A DNA stretch of 63,670 bases, filler included, from Octopus bimaculoides (taxonomy: Eukaryota), in assembly GCF_001194135.2 (NCBI RefSeq). It is 3 parts of 3 records of this genome, joined end to end, with 100 filler letters (N's around TTAATTAATTAA, not from the genome) between each part and the next. Parts side by side here need not be neighbours in the genome. Positions count along the whole stretch, not along the records: positions 1 to 28,324 come from NC_068982.1; 2 more parts are not named here. One strand, given 5' to 3'. The notes under the pieces were generated by a model, which ran no database searches, was not told the origin of the DNA, and was given only the letters and a program-made list of their open reading frames with translations. Of this stretch, positions 12,311-23,793 are shown one piece after another (the stretch's first letter is position 1; every line of letters starts with the position of its first letter). The translations under genes were made by a program, and so were the position numbers.

Positions 12311-12387
12311 AGAAAATCAATGAGCCATCGTCAAACAATTTTAAAATGTTTGGAATGATTTTTTTTTCTCTTTTGTACAATTGAAAC

Positions 12388-12500
12388 CACTAGCGTAGCT
12401 GGGTGGGGGCGGTACGCCCTGGGCGGCACTTTTAAAGGAGCACCACTTTTGGGTCTGCTGTAGGCAGTATGTGTTTTTTGTGGGGCCTGAATTAACTTAC
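12388..12500 (+). repeat. Terminus of an unclassified DNA-transposon-like repeat (second copy at ~39990-40100, minus)
   Basis: cactagcgta.ctggg...actttta aag...ttttgggtctgctgtaggca is shared with the revcomp of 39990-40100. Confidence 0.5.
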
Positions 12501-12574
12501 AGCTCCACATCATTGAACGCAACTAACATCAACATAAAACTTTAACTAGTTAAATCTCAAAGGGTATTACAGCG

Positions 12575-12659
12575 AAAACCCTGAAGAAACTGCACCGGTA
12601 TTATAGTAAAGTCTCAATTGCAACGGTTACTAACCGATGTAGTTGAAACATGTAGGTCT
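12575..12659 (+). ncRNA. Type I minimal hammerhead ribozyme of the Penelope-like class, apparently intact
   Basis: CTGAAGA 12581-12587; stem II AACTGCA (12588-12594) pairs with TGTAGTT (12638-12644); GAAA 12645-12648; palindromic ACATGT stem III; GUA cleavage triplet (12652-12654); stem I AAACC with GGTCT (4 of 5 pairs). Confidence 0.7.
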
Positions 12660-12725
12660 ATTTGAAGCTGTATTTACATATACATGTGATTAAAGGTAAT
12701 GCTAATGCTACTTCATCATAATCCT

Positions 12726-12766
<41 letters not shown>

Positions 12767-12849
12767 CGTGCGTGCGTACGTGCGTGCGTGTGTGTGTGTG
12801 TATTCGTTATTCATTCGAAGCTAATGGTTTACTCTGTCATTCCTCAAAG

Positions 12850-13560
12850 GTTACCTTCAGGCGGTAATAAGATTAATGGATAGTTCGGAGTAGTGATGCA
12901 ATCATTATATTGGCATGTAGAGAGGAATTATTTCTGTAGTGAGGCCGGCTGTCTTTAACCAATTATCCCTGTAGATGGTATGGGAACAGTTACCCACTCT
13001 ATAGCTGAAACCTTTTCCCATACCTATATGCAGACAATTTTTCTGGTTTCCTTTTTTGATATGTTGCAGCGTTGAGTCAAAGTTTGGTATTTCTCTCTCA
13101 AGCATGTATTTCGTCTCTTTGCCCAAGTTTAGGGTTGCAGTTTTGACGATACTATCACTTATCAGAGTGCTGGTATTTCTACAATCCTTCGACTTACAAG
13201 CATACCGGGGAAGAGGTGAGGATGTGATTCTGTCGTTGAGGCGATTGTGTTGCATGCATCTGACAAAAATATATCTTTGCTATGTATAGCAGCGTCTTTG
13301 CTGGGTACTTACCACCGAGTAAGATGAGTTTCTGAAATTACATTCTGGCCAAGGCTGTTTTAGTTCATATGATTTTGCTTGTCGTTTGATATGTGAGATT
13401 GCAATATATTCAGTAAACCACCAAACATGTTACTCCATCTTTTTGTAGCCACAAGGATTGTACGTGACAAGAAAGTGAATAACATCATCTTCTAACGAAC
13501 ACATAATTTTCTAACATATATCAGTTTCTATTTCGTACTTTTGATTACATAGACGTTACA
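12850..13560 (-). mobile_element. Highly decayed Penelope-like element C-terminus
   Basis: Minus strand remnants IHFLVTYNP, KRQAKS, CKSKDC and LHIGMGKGFSYRV resemble the PLE linker and GIY-YIG region; weak. Confidence 0.4.
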
Positions 13561-13613
13561 CACTCGCACGCGCATATATATTACTATGTTACCATAGATG
13601 TCTCCCTCCCTCT

Positions 13614-13652
<39 letters not shown>

Positions 13653-13952
13653 ATCTCTGTCTTTTTCTCTCTCACTCTCTCAGTCCTCCTATTTATCTTA
13701 TCTATTTCCTTTACTTAAATGTTATCTCTTTTATCGACTTCCTTTACAATGCTTGTCTGTGTCATCTTTGTTCTCTTAGCAATCATTAAAAGTGACAAAC
13801 CGGCTTTAGATGAAAAAGTCTATGAACTTTCACACACATTTGGCACTATCTTAATTTAGATTAGTTTCATATTGTTACTATGCGAATTTTTCTTTTACCC
13901 GCGAAAGGTTGTTTGAAGAGAAAAATGAAAAAGCAAAAAAATAAGCTAAGGA

Positions 13953-14333
13953 TATGTGGCACTCCGTCGCTTACGACGACGAGGGTTCCAGTTGATCCGA
14001 TCAACGGAATAGCCTGCTCGTGAAATTAACGTGCAAGTGGCTGAGCGCTGCACAGACACGTGTACCCTTAACGTAGTTCTCGGTTAGATTCAGCGTGAAA
14101 CAGAGTGTGACAAGGCCCTTTGAAATACAGGTACAATAGAAACAGGAAGAAAGAGTGAAAGTTGTGGTGAAAGAATACAGCAGGCTTTGAACCTCCCCCA
14201 CCCCTGCTGGAGCTTCGTGGAGCTTTAGGTGTTTTTGCTCAATAAACACTCACAACGCTCAGTCTGGGAATCGAAACAGCGATCCAGCGAGCGCGAGTCC
14301 GCTACCCTAACCACTGGACCATTGCGCCTCCAC
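13953..14333 (-). mobile_element. tRNA-derived SINE, family A, full length
   Basis: Revcomp head gtggaggcgcaatggtccagtgg (A box) and tttcgattccc (B box); 8-bp TSD GCTAAGGA at 13945-13952 and 14334-14341; near-identical copies at 17884 and 50449. Confidence 0.9.
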
Positions 14334-14419
14334 GCTAAGGACTTACACATACATACATACATACATACATACATACATCTAAATGCCAACCAAGGAGATG
14401 TAAACCGTATTGATAATCA

Positions 14420-15270
14420 TCAACTTCGACCAATTAGTAGCAGTAGAAATACTCATGGTACAGCTAGCACGATAACAACGCCGATAAATGGAGTCAGGAC
14501 TGCTTTGTATACAAATAAAAGCGATAAATGCTCATGCAGAGATAAATCAAAATGTCCTTTGATGAATCTCTGTATGAGTACAAATCTTGTATATAAATGT
14601 ACCGTGCACACGAGAGGAGGGCCATATGTTTACATTGGGCAGACAGCTGATTCATTTAAGAATCGTTATTGTAATCATGTTGCCAGCTTTAGGAAAATCA
14701 ATAAGAGACATTCGACATCTTTGGCAGATTTTATATGGCAACTGAAGGAGGCTAATACGAAATACTACACTACTTGGTCCATAGTTAGACATGCAAAACT
14801 ATACAGTGCAAATTCCAGGAGATGCCGTCTCTGCTCCGAGTAATCCTTGTCTATTCTGTGGACTAACGAAAAGATACTTAATAAAATTTCTGAACGACTA
14901 TCGAGATGCCTACACGCATATAAATGTACTTTCACACAATGCAGTGAGAATGAATTTTGAGTTACCGTTAACTTAGTGTAATTTCATTTTATTTTACTTT
15001 AAGGTATGGATGACTTAAATTTACTTTAAACCTCCCCGTTCTTCTAAATATCTAACTCGCTTTGTAATCATGAGTGCGCTTAACTTCGCGTGTGCGTATG
15101 TTCACATTTTTGCTAATGCTTGTATGAGCATATGTACTCGTGCCATGCAGCTTGCCCGAGGACGTTTATACATATATATCTGTTAACGGCATTTTTAAAG
15201 CGACATTGTTTTGTTATTGAGAGTCTTTTCTCGGAGTTATGCAAATAAAATGTGAGGATGCTCAAAACAT
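14420..15270 (+). mobile_element. Penelope-like element 3' end with GIY-YIG endonuclease
   Basis: CSCRDKSKCPL...LVYKCTV...YVYIGQTADSFKNRYCNH...CRLCSE in ORF 14229-14843; the ORF start lies in the SINE and is spurious. Confidence 0.85.
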
Positions 15271-15509
15271 GATAAAAATAGTTTGGGATTAACTAATTAA
15301 GCGTAAAGTGTCGATTGCAGTGTTATGAGTATGTCCAGTTATGTCTAGTTGTAAAGTGCCGTTCATCAATTAAATAATGAAAAAAAACTGCTAAATTATT
15401 TTTATATATCCCAATAATCATTCTCGGTTTGATTGAAATGCATGCAAATTATGACGTATTGATAATAATTTTTACGGAGCAATTCAGTTCCATTTTTCTC
15501 TTTTTTACT

Positions 15510-16800
15510 TGTAGTGAAACCTCTCTCTCGGGCATTCAATCATAAATGATAATGAAGCTGCTAACATCTAGCCTTCAGTTGCCTTGGACCCTTCTGTCCA
15601 TCATCCTGATTGGTTCTTATTTGCGCGGCAATTGTCCCCATGTTCTGCTTGCTAAGGGGGCATTACGTCCAATCGTGGTTTCAGCTAAGGTCACATGAGA
15701 AGGAGTTTTTCTGGGTTTCCGGTGAGCCCTATTTCGCCTATAAATAAGTCCGATCCAACGACGGCAATCGTCTTCGATTTCAGATCTCTCACAGGTCTGG
15801 TCGCTGACCACACATATCGTCTTCGATTTCAGATCTCTCACAAGTCTGGTCGCTGACCACACATATTGTCTTCGATTCCAGATCTCTCATACGTCTGGTC
15901 GTTGACCACACATGCAGAACACAGCTACAGCCAGTTCCAGCGCCGACGTCTTCACCACCAATGTACTGTCTACCACAATGTCGTGCGCCAGCAAACCCAC
16001 CACCAGGTACACACCAGTATCAACACACTCGGTTTTATCTCGACCCTGTTTGAGTGGATTGTTTCCACTCACGAGCAACAGTCTGAACTAACCAACGAGA
16101 ATATTCCGTACCAGGTAAAACGGTCACAGCATTCGACGCTCAACACACATATTGTGAAACCACAGCTCTGCTACTTGGCCACAACTTCCTGCGTATGAAC
16201 ATTCTATCTCCTTGTGTAACTCTAATACGAACTGGTATTTCTCTATCTCAGTGTTTGAGACTTGTAGTCTATGTTACAAACACTCTTTCTATGTTCTGTG
16301 TTTCCTCTCATTCACACTCACACTTGTACACTCACATATTGTACACACACTAGTGCTTATACGACTGTCCGTCACGTAACATTGTTGTATACCTTCTCTT
16401 GTACACGAAGGCCTGACTTATCTACTGTGTTAATTATATTTGCCGCATGCACGCGCACACAGACACAAACAGTTTCACTATGTTAATAAACTTACTCTCA
16501 TTATAAATCATATCGGTTGTTTGTCCTAATCTGTTTCTTTACTGGCACTTGGCTTGTATCTCTTCACGATGAGCCTTCTATCTTATATATATCTATTTTG
16601 TGTTCGACCGTGCGACATGGTAAAAAGGAGCCTTTTCCCATCTACGTCGCCATCTCCTTTGGTTCGCTCGGTCGAAGTATTACATACTACTCAACACTCC
16701 TTTGACTAAAGTCGAAAGATGCTTTATCTGTACTTGTCAGACCAAAGTCCGAAACTCAACGAGAGTTCTCAAACAGAGACTGTAAAGCCACGTCATGAAA
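15510..16800 (+). mobile_element. Probable Gypsy 5' LTR (15510-16617, TG...CA) with PBS-like TGG and decayed gag start
   Basis: TGT at 15510, TATAAATA 15739-15746, AATAAA near 16486, ...GCGACA at 16617 followed by TGG; downstream peptide remnant LLWFAR(V)E resembles Gypsy gag LWFAQVE. The PBS does not match a tRNA I can assign. Confidence 0.5.
15767..15913. repeat. 3 x 49-bp tandem repeat inside the putative LTR
   Basis: Units start at 15767, 15816 and 15865 (atcgtcttcgatttcagatctctcacaggtctggtcgctgaccacacat). Confidence 0.9.
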
Positions 16801-17043
16801 ACTTTGATATTATAGTGGAACATCTGCAAAACAGCTGATTATTAGAGTCAAACTCATGGTACAAGAGGTAATACAGTAGGTGCTGGATCAAATTTTAGTT
16901 TTTAAGTTCTTGGTTTGTTTTGATTTTGGAATATAATTCCTATTGGATGGGTCTTGTTCAAAAGCAACTCGACGATCATAATAAACTTTCATAATGCAAT
17001 TTATGATTTTAAAATCTTTTCGAGTTTATTTCTTAATCAGTTT

Positions 17044-17182
17044 AGTTAAGATCATTGACTAGTTAAGATCATTGACTAGTTAAGATCATTGACTAGTTAA
17101 GATCATTGACTAGTTAAGATCATTGACTAGTTAAGATCATTGACTAGTGATCAAATCAGTTTAGTTGAGATCATTGACTAGT
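17044..17182. repeat. 17-bp minisatellite
   Basis: Six perfect AGTTAAGATCATTGACT units (17044-17145) plus a variant unit in a short duplication. Confidence 0.95.
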
Positions 17183-17699
17183 GATCAAATGAAAATGGGC
17201 TAGCAAAATATTTTTTTTATATGCCATGCTCAGGAGATAGTTTGTATGTAAGAGGCTATCAAACAATAAAGAGTGAGTGAGTGAGCGAGCGAGTGCGTTA
17301 GTGAGTGAGCGAGTGAGTGAATGAGTGAGTGAGTGAGTGAGAGTAGGAAAAATAAAATGAAGATACAGGGAGGTTCTAGAAAATGGCAGGCAGCTTATTT
17401 CGCCAGGCACGAAACTTAATCGGATGTTCAAAAGTAATCCAACACATCTTTTCTGGGTACGGCCGAGGCTTTAGCAGCAACAATATTATTGTCACGGAAG
17501 TGAAGTCTTGACAGTCAATCTACCATATAAGCAATCTCATCCTCATGAAACTTCAAGACTTTCCATTTCAATTCTGGAAAGCAGACGACTGTGCACACAA
17601 ATGGCTTAGAGGTTACAGTTCAGCAATGATACAAAGACAAAATATTGAAATTTTAGGAACCATGGTGGACCAATTTGAGAAATTCTACTGAAAATTTCT

Positions 17700-18450
17700 C
17701 CAAGTGAAAAGTTCAACGGTGTCTTTCTCCACTGCAAACTCCACTCATAATAATCCATAAGATTACAATCGCGGAATTAGGAAACCAGAAATGAGAGTTG
17801 GTGAAGTCGTAGAAATTCTCCAGCAGCCACTTCTGACTTTTTCCAGAAGTATGGCAAAGAACCGAATCCTGCTGCCACACATATGTTGTTGTTGTTGGCA
17901 CTCCGTCGCTTACGACGTCGAGGGTTCCAGTTGATTCGATCAACGGAACAGTCTGCTCGTGAAATTAACGTGCAAGTGGCTGAGCACTCCACAGACACGT
18001 GTACCCTTAATGTAGTTCTCGGGGATATTCAGCGTGACGCAGTATGACAAGGCTGACCCTTTGAATTACAGACACAACAGAAACAGGAAGTAAGAGTGAG
18101 AGAAAGTTGTGGTGGAAGAGTACAGCAGGGTTCACCACCATCCCCTACCGGAGCCTCGTGGAGCTTTAGGTGTTTTAGCTCAATAAACACTCACAACGTC
18201 CAATCTGGGAATCGAAACCGCGATCCTATGACCAAGAGTCCGCTGTCCTAACCACTGGGCCATTGCGCCTCCATTGCCACACATAAACTTTCAGCAACTC
18301 TCACCAGCCAGGGTTTGACCACAATCTCTAGTACCTGTCTGAACTGAGCCTAAGACTCTCTTTAAAGACGTGGGACAGCATGACGTCGCCCTCACTGTTT
18401 AGTTCCACCATTTTATTGTCCTTAACATTTCCCTTGTGCTTTTGTAACTC
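17700..18450 (-). mobile_element. maT-like DD37D transposase pseudogene split by a SINE
   Basis: NSEGDVMLSHVFKESLRL (18330-18420) continues, after removing the SINE, into YVWQQDSVLCHTSGKSQKWLLENF...FWFPNS (17713-17883). Confidence 0.7.
17884..18274 (-). mobile_element. tRNA-derived SINE, family A, full length
   Basis: A and B boxes, (CAA)n tail, 11-bp TSD TGCCACACATA at 17873-17883 and 18275-18285. Confidence 0.92.
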
Positions 18451-18618
18451 AAAACACTGAGGAGAATGCAAAGTTACGAAACATAATAAAAAATTTGACA
18501 ATGGGAAGGAGACTCTCAAAATAGAGAACCAAACACAGCATATGATTTTCGATCACCCAAGGAAAGAGATTGATAGAATGGGCTTGGTCTTCTCTCTGCT
18601 ATTTGCTGCTGTACTGTG

Positions 18619-18767
18619 CTTAATGTAGTTCTCGGGGATATTCAGCGTGACGCAGTATGACAAGGCTGACCCTTTGAATTACAGACACAACAGAAACAGG
18701 AAGTAAGAGTGAGAGAAAGTTGTGGTGGAAGAGTACAGCAGGGTTCACCACCATCCCCTACCGGAGC
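18619..18767 (-). repeat. Exact 149-bp duplicate of SINE interior 18006-18154
   Basis: Identical by eye, including copy-specific variants (taatgtag, gacgcagtatg, ggaagagtac, cctaccgg). Confidence 0.85.
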
Positions 18768-19020
18768 AAGGTATTGGTAGTAAGCTACCACGAGAGGTAT
18801 AGGTAGTTGTATATAAGATTTTTAATCTATTCTGCAAACCAACTCTTTCTCTGTTATTCATTTTCCCATTCAAATTTGTTATCAAGTGCCAAAGTTTAAC
18901 AACAAACGATTAGTCACTATTAGCAATTTTGGTTGAAGTGAGAGGGAAATATCATATCAAAATGAAAGCAACATATATAAATCTGAAACTGCTGATTTTA
19001 TGCATACATACATATAAGTA

Positions 19021-19062
<42 letters not shown>

Positions 19063-19871
19063 NNNNNNNNNNNNNNNNNNNNNNNNNNNNNNNNNNNNNN
19101 NNNNNNNNNNNNNNNNNNNNNNNNNNNNNNNNNNNNNNNNNNNNNNNNNNNNNNNNNNNNNNNNNNNNNNNNNNNNNNNNNNNNNNNNNNNNNNNNNNNN
19201 NNNNNNNNNNNNNNNNNNNNNNNNNNNNNNNNNNNNNNNNNNNNNNNNNNNNNNNNNNNNNNNNNNNNNNNNNNNNNNNNNNNNNNNNNNNNNNNNNNNN
19301 NNNNNNNNNNNNNNNNNNNNNNNNNNNNNNNNNNNNNNNNNNNNNNNNNNNNNNNNNNNNNNNNNNNNNNNNNNNNNNNNNNNNNNNNNNNNNNNNNNNN
19401 NNNNNNNNNNNNNNNNNNNNNNNNNNNNNNNNNNNNNNNNNNNNNNNNNNNNNNNNNNNNNNNNNNNNNNNNNNNNNNNNNNNNNNNNNNNNNNNNNNNN
19501 NNNNNNNNNNNNNNNNNNNNNNNNNNNNNNNNNNNNNNNNNNNNNNNNNNNNNNNNNNNNNNNNNNNNNNNNNNNNNNNNNNNNNNNNNNNNNNNNNNNN
19601 NNNNNNNNNNNNNNNNNNNNNNNNNNNNNNNNNNNNNNNNNNNNNNNNNNNNNNNNNNNNNNNNNNNNNNNNNNNNNNNNNNNNNNNNNNNNNNNNNNNN
19701 NNNNNNNNNNNNNNNNNNNNNNNNNNNNNNNNNNNNNNNNNNNNNNNNNNNNNNNNNNNNNNNNNNNNNNNNNNNNNNNNNNNNNNNNNNNNNNNNNNNN
19801 NNNNNNNNNNNNNNNNNNNNNNNNNNNNNNNNNNNNNNNNNNNNNNNNNNNNNNNNNNNNNNNNNNNNNNN

Positions 19872-19902
<31 letters not shown>

Positions 19903-20359
19903 GTATATGTATATGTGCATGTATGTATGTGTGTATATGTGTGTGTGTATAGATAGATATGCATACATGTGTGTGCGTATATATATGTATGTACATACGT
20001 ATGTATGTACTCAGGGGTTTCTTTCACGACGTTGCTGACCAAGATTGTACTCTTACCTGGCCTCCGGTCAGTAGGTCTCGTGATTGACATATACTGCTAA
20101 GAGAAATAATAGACGTTAAACCAATGTCGAGTTTCTGACCGGCCATAACCAACGATAACATATGTATGTATATATATCTAGCTGGATTAAGTGTTCGTTT
20201 CTCTTTTTGTCTTCTGCAATTTTATTTTTGGATCTTCAATATATATGAAGANNNNNNNNNNTTGTTATTTACCTAACGATCACTCTGAAAGTGACTGTGC
20301 TTTACCAGTAAGCTACCAGGTGTAAACCATTCTTACCACAATCCATTCTATATGGTGAC

Positions 20360-20900
20360 TGAAGGAGGCTAATACGAAATACTACAATACTTGGTCCATA
20401 GTTTGATATGCAAAACCATACAGTGTAATTTCCAGGAGATGCCGTCTCTGCTCCGAGGAATCCCTGTCTATTCTGTGGACTAACGAGAAGATACTTAATA
20501 GCATTTCTGAACGACTATCAAGTGCCTACACGTATATAAGTGTAATTTTATTTTACTTTAAGGTATGGATGACTTAAGTTTACTTTTAACCTCCCCGTTC
20601 TTCTGAACACCTACTAAATAACTAACTCGCTTTGTAATCAAGAGTGCACCTAACCTCGCGTGTGCGTATGCTCACATTTTTGCTAATGCTTGTATGAGCA
20701 TATGTACTCGTGCCATGCAGTTTGTCCGAAGGCATTTATACGTCCATATCTGTTAACGGTTATTTTCAATACTTTTCTCGCTGGATTAAGTGTTCGTTTC
20801 TCTTTTTGTCTTCTGCAATTTTATTTTTGGATCTTCTATATCTATGAAGAATTTTCCTCCGTCTGGCTATCTTTCTCTCTATAAAACGGAAAGTTGAATT
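20360..20900 (+). mobile_element. Second copy of the PLE 3' end / pseudo-LTR (same family as 14420-15270)
   Basis: ctgaaggaggctaatacgaaatactac...gagatgccgtctctgctccgag and downstream UTR are closely similar to 14740-15180. Confidence 0.8.
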
Positions 20901-21204
20901 ATGGAACAGTCATTTTAACGAGTTTTTATTTGTGTGAATGTGTGTATATATGTATGCATATNNNNNNNNNNNNNNNNNNNNNNNNNNNNNNNNNNNNNNN
21001 NNNNNNNNNNNNNNNNNNNNNNNNNNNNNNNNNNNNNNNNNNNNNNNNNNNNNNNNNNNNNNNNNNNNNNNNNNNNNNNNNNNNNNNNNNNNNNNNNNNN
21101 NNNNNNNNNNNNNNNNNNNNNNNNNNNNNNNNNNNNNNNNNNNNNNNNNNNNNNNNNNNNNNNNNNNNNNNNNNNNNNNNNNNNNNNNNNNNNNNNNNNN
21201 NNNA

Positions 21205-21760
21205 GATTTGGTCGGACTATACTCCTCCAGCAACTCCGCATGTATTTCCCTAACCTTAAGGGGGTTTGTATGGGGGCGATGCATTGTTGGTTACTTCGGG
21301 CTTAAATAAATCTGAGTAAGAGAAAATTAAAAAAAACTTACATAAACTCTTTGCTAATCTTAATTTATCTATCTCCTTTGAAAACACTTACAAAAAAGCT
21401 AACTTTCTAGATGTTTCTTTAGACTTAGAATCTTCGCCAAACTACCCCTACCATAAACCTAATCAATACTTCAAATACATTAATATAGACTCTAACCACT
21501 ATAAATCTACCTTCGATAGTGTAATTAAAGGCATATCCATCCGGATATCTGATTTGTCGGCCAAGGAAAAAATCTTCAATAACCACGCTATATACTATAA
21601 CCAGGCACTAGCTACTAGCGGCTTCTGCCAGCAAATTAAATTCATGTTTACCACTAGGCTTAAAAAACACATCGCTAATCTTAGTCTCGAAGGGATACAC
21701 CCCACTGCTACACAAATAGACCACTCCACTATAAATAGACAAGCTAAAAACCCCTGCTAG
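21205..21760 (+). mobile_element. Penelope-like element RT core/thumb fragment
   Basis: Frameshifted DLVGLY...GGLYGDDALL...NFLDVSLDL...YHKPN...INIDSNH...SIRISDLS...YYNQALATSGF. Confidence 0.75.
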
Positions 21761-21934
21761 TAAATTGGAAGGACCTCAGGTGAGACACTTTCGTCTGCCC
21801 TACGCTCACCCGTAAAACACTCGATCGAAACTCAAGCAGATAAACAACAATGACGCCTACAACTCACTTCAAACAAATACTATATCTTATACTTCCCCTA
21901 TTTTGCCTAACAAAAGCGAGGGTAGATCAATTCC

Positions 21935-22325
21935 CCATATAGCTTCTGCTAAGGGATCCTGCTATCCTTCATTCTAATAAGGTGTCCAGTCCAACGTAAC
22001 TGGTGCTTGTGCACCATCGCCTCAATACTCAAGATATCAGCTTTCCTCAGGATTTGTGTGTCTGAAGTTTTTAAGGTCCAGCAAACATTCAGAATGTGTC
22101 TCAGACATCTCTGATGAAAGCGTTCAAGGACTTTTACATGACGTTTGTAAAGGGTCCATGTCTCACATGAGTAAAGTAGCATTGTCAGTACACATGCACA
22201 GTACACAGTAATTTTTACTTGCCTTGTGATGCCATGCTGGGATCAGACACGAAACTCAAGAGACCGGAAGGAATCAGTTGCTCTCTGCAGCCTGAAAGAT
22301 ATTTCATCATCTATGGAGCAAGAAC
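21935..22325 (-). mobile_element. RTE (BovB-like) LINE C-terminal fragment
   Basis: LLYSCETWTLYKRHVKVLERFHQRCLRHIL...QLRWTGHLIRMKDSRIP. Confidence 0.85.
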
Positions 22326-22599
22326 CTACACATACATACATACATAGAATAATAGCATACATGTGTGTGTATGTATGTATGTATAGGTTCTTACGATGAC
22401 AGGCATTGTTCTCTCAGTATGTATGTATAGGTTAGTACGAGCCAAATGTCCTGGAAGTTAGTTAGAAAATTAATAAGCTTCAAGTATGTACACAGCAGCT
22501 ATAGATAACAAAATGCGGACAATATACGAATAATAAAGGTGCATTAACCATCGTGAGTTACCCATATTGTAATCAGCTTAAAACATAAGGCTGGGGAAA

Positions 22600-22760
22600 A
22601 TGTCGCAAAGCATTTTGTCCGGCATGTTAGCGATTCTGCCAGCTCGCCACGTAGATACAAATTTTGACACAAGGCCAGCAATTTTAGGGGAAGGGGTAAA
22701 TTGGTATTGCTGACTCGTGTGCTCAACTGGTATTTATTTTATCAACCCCGAAAGGATGTG
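22600..22760 (-). mobile_element. SINE family B fragments
   Basis: gattctgccagctcgcc head (revcomp) and actggta.ttattttatc.accccgaaaggatg body shared with 31640-31810, 34470-34610 (+), 42660-42880, 43300-43400 (+), 60010-60130, 60700-60910 and 61010-61160. Confidence 0.7.
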
Positions 22761-22894
22761 TAAAAGTTTGATAGTTGCAATAGAGACATTAGTCTCTCTC
22801 TATCACCTTTCAACAGCATTATATATTAAGAAACAGTAGAACAATTAACAACATGATAAAAATAGGTTTTATTTTTTGATGATGCTTGGTTTTA

Positions 22895-23280
22895 CAAATC
22901 CTGTGTCATTCAGCTTAGCATCCGCTGATTAATTTGTAATCAGTATTGGAAGGTTAAGAGCTTCCTTGATGCCTGCCAGAGGAGCAAGTAGCTATCACAT
23001 CGAAGGCATCGTGGTGAAGAGTGCTTCGTTGAGGAGCAAGGTGTTGTCACGTTGAAGGTATCGCGCTCAAGAGGCTTAGAAAGTGAAACAAACTCTTTAA
23101 GTACTAGTTTTACTGCGCATGCGCACTCGAGGGTCTTCCGGAAAGGCAAGTCCCTTGCGCATGTGCAGATAGTACTTCCTCAATGGCGGCTACAATTTTG
23201 CGCCACTACAGTACTTTTGATCGTGAGTTATTAGCGAATAAACAAAAAAGATAGCAATAACTGGGCTTCGTTAGGACAGA
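22895..23280 (+). mobile_element. Possible solo LTR
   Basis: GC-richer island, TG...CA ends, repeated GCGCATG motifs, AATAAA near 23237; no clean TSD found. Confidence 0.3.
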
Positions 23281-23497
23281 CAATATCCAGTATCCAAAGT
23301 TTTCAGTATAGCACATGAACCATGATCATCAATTCTATGATCAGTCATTAGGCTTATGTTCATTGTATCTCATTTAAATCATTTTCGATTAGTTACAAAA
23401 ATCATATATTTTAGAAGAGTTTATGTGGTAGGAAACGTGACGTACGTGTATTTCTCAAGGTTATTACTTGCAAATATGAAACGAAGAAGATATAAAT

Positions 23498-23735
23498 GGA
23501 GATTGAGATCATATCTCTGTGTATACAGAGTCCACGTTAACACGGAATTATCAATGAACAAACTTTATGCATGCGTGTAAATGTACAGGTTTCTAAATCT
23601 AGTGATTCAACTGGAGATTGTGATCATATCTCTGTATATACAGAGTCCATGTTAGCGCAGAATTATCAATGACCAAGCTTTATGTATGTATGCATGTAAA
23701 TGTACAGGTATCTAAATCTGACTAGACTCCTTTTC
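23498..23735. repeat. Diverged ~115-120-bp tandem duplication
   Basis: Two units beginning ggagattg.gatcatatctctgt at ~23498 and ~23613. Confidence 0.8.
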
Positions 23736-23793
23736 TTAATGTTATCTTCGGTCCAATTTGAACATGACTAAAAACTGGGTCGATAGATTAAAC

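Noticed and set aside
17044-17182. CRISPR-like appearance of the 17-bp and 49-bp (15767-15913) repeats
   Set aside because: Units are contiguous with no unique spacers, there are no cas genes, and the context is eukaryotic.
18929-20038. Long ORFs in the track spanning N runs (also 20894-21309, 37585-38173, 51758-55046)
   Set aside because: They are translations of assembly gaps and (TA)/(CATA) microsatellites, not proteins.
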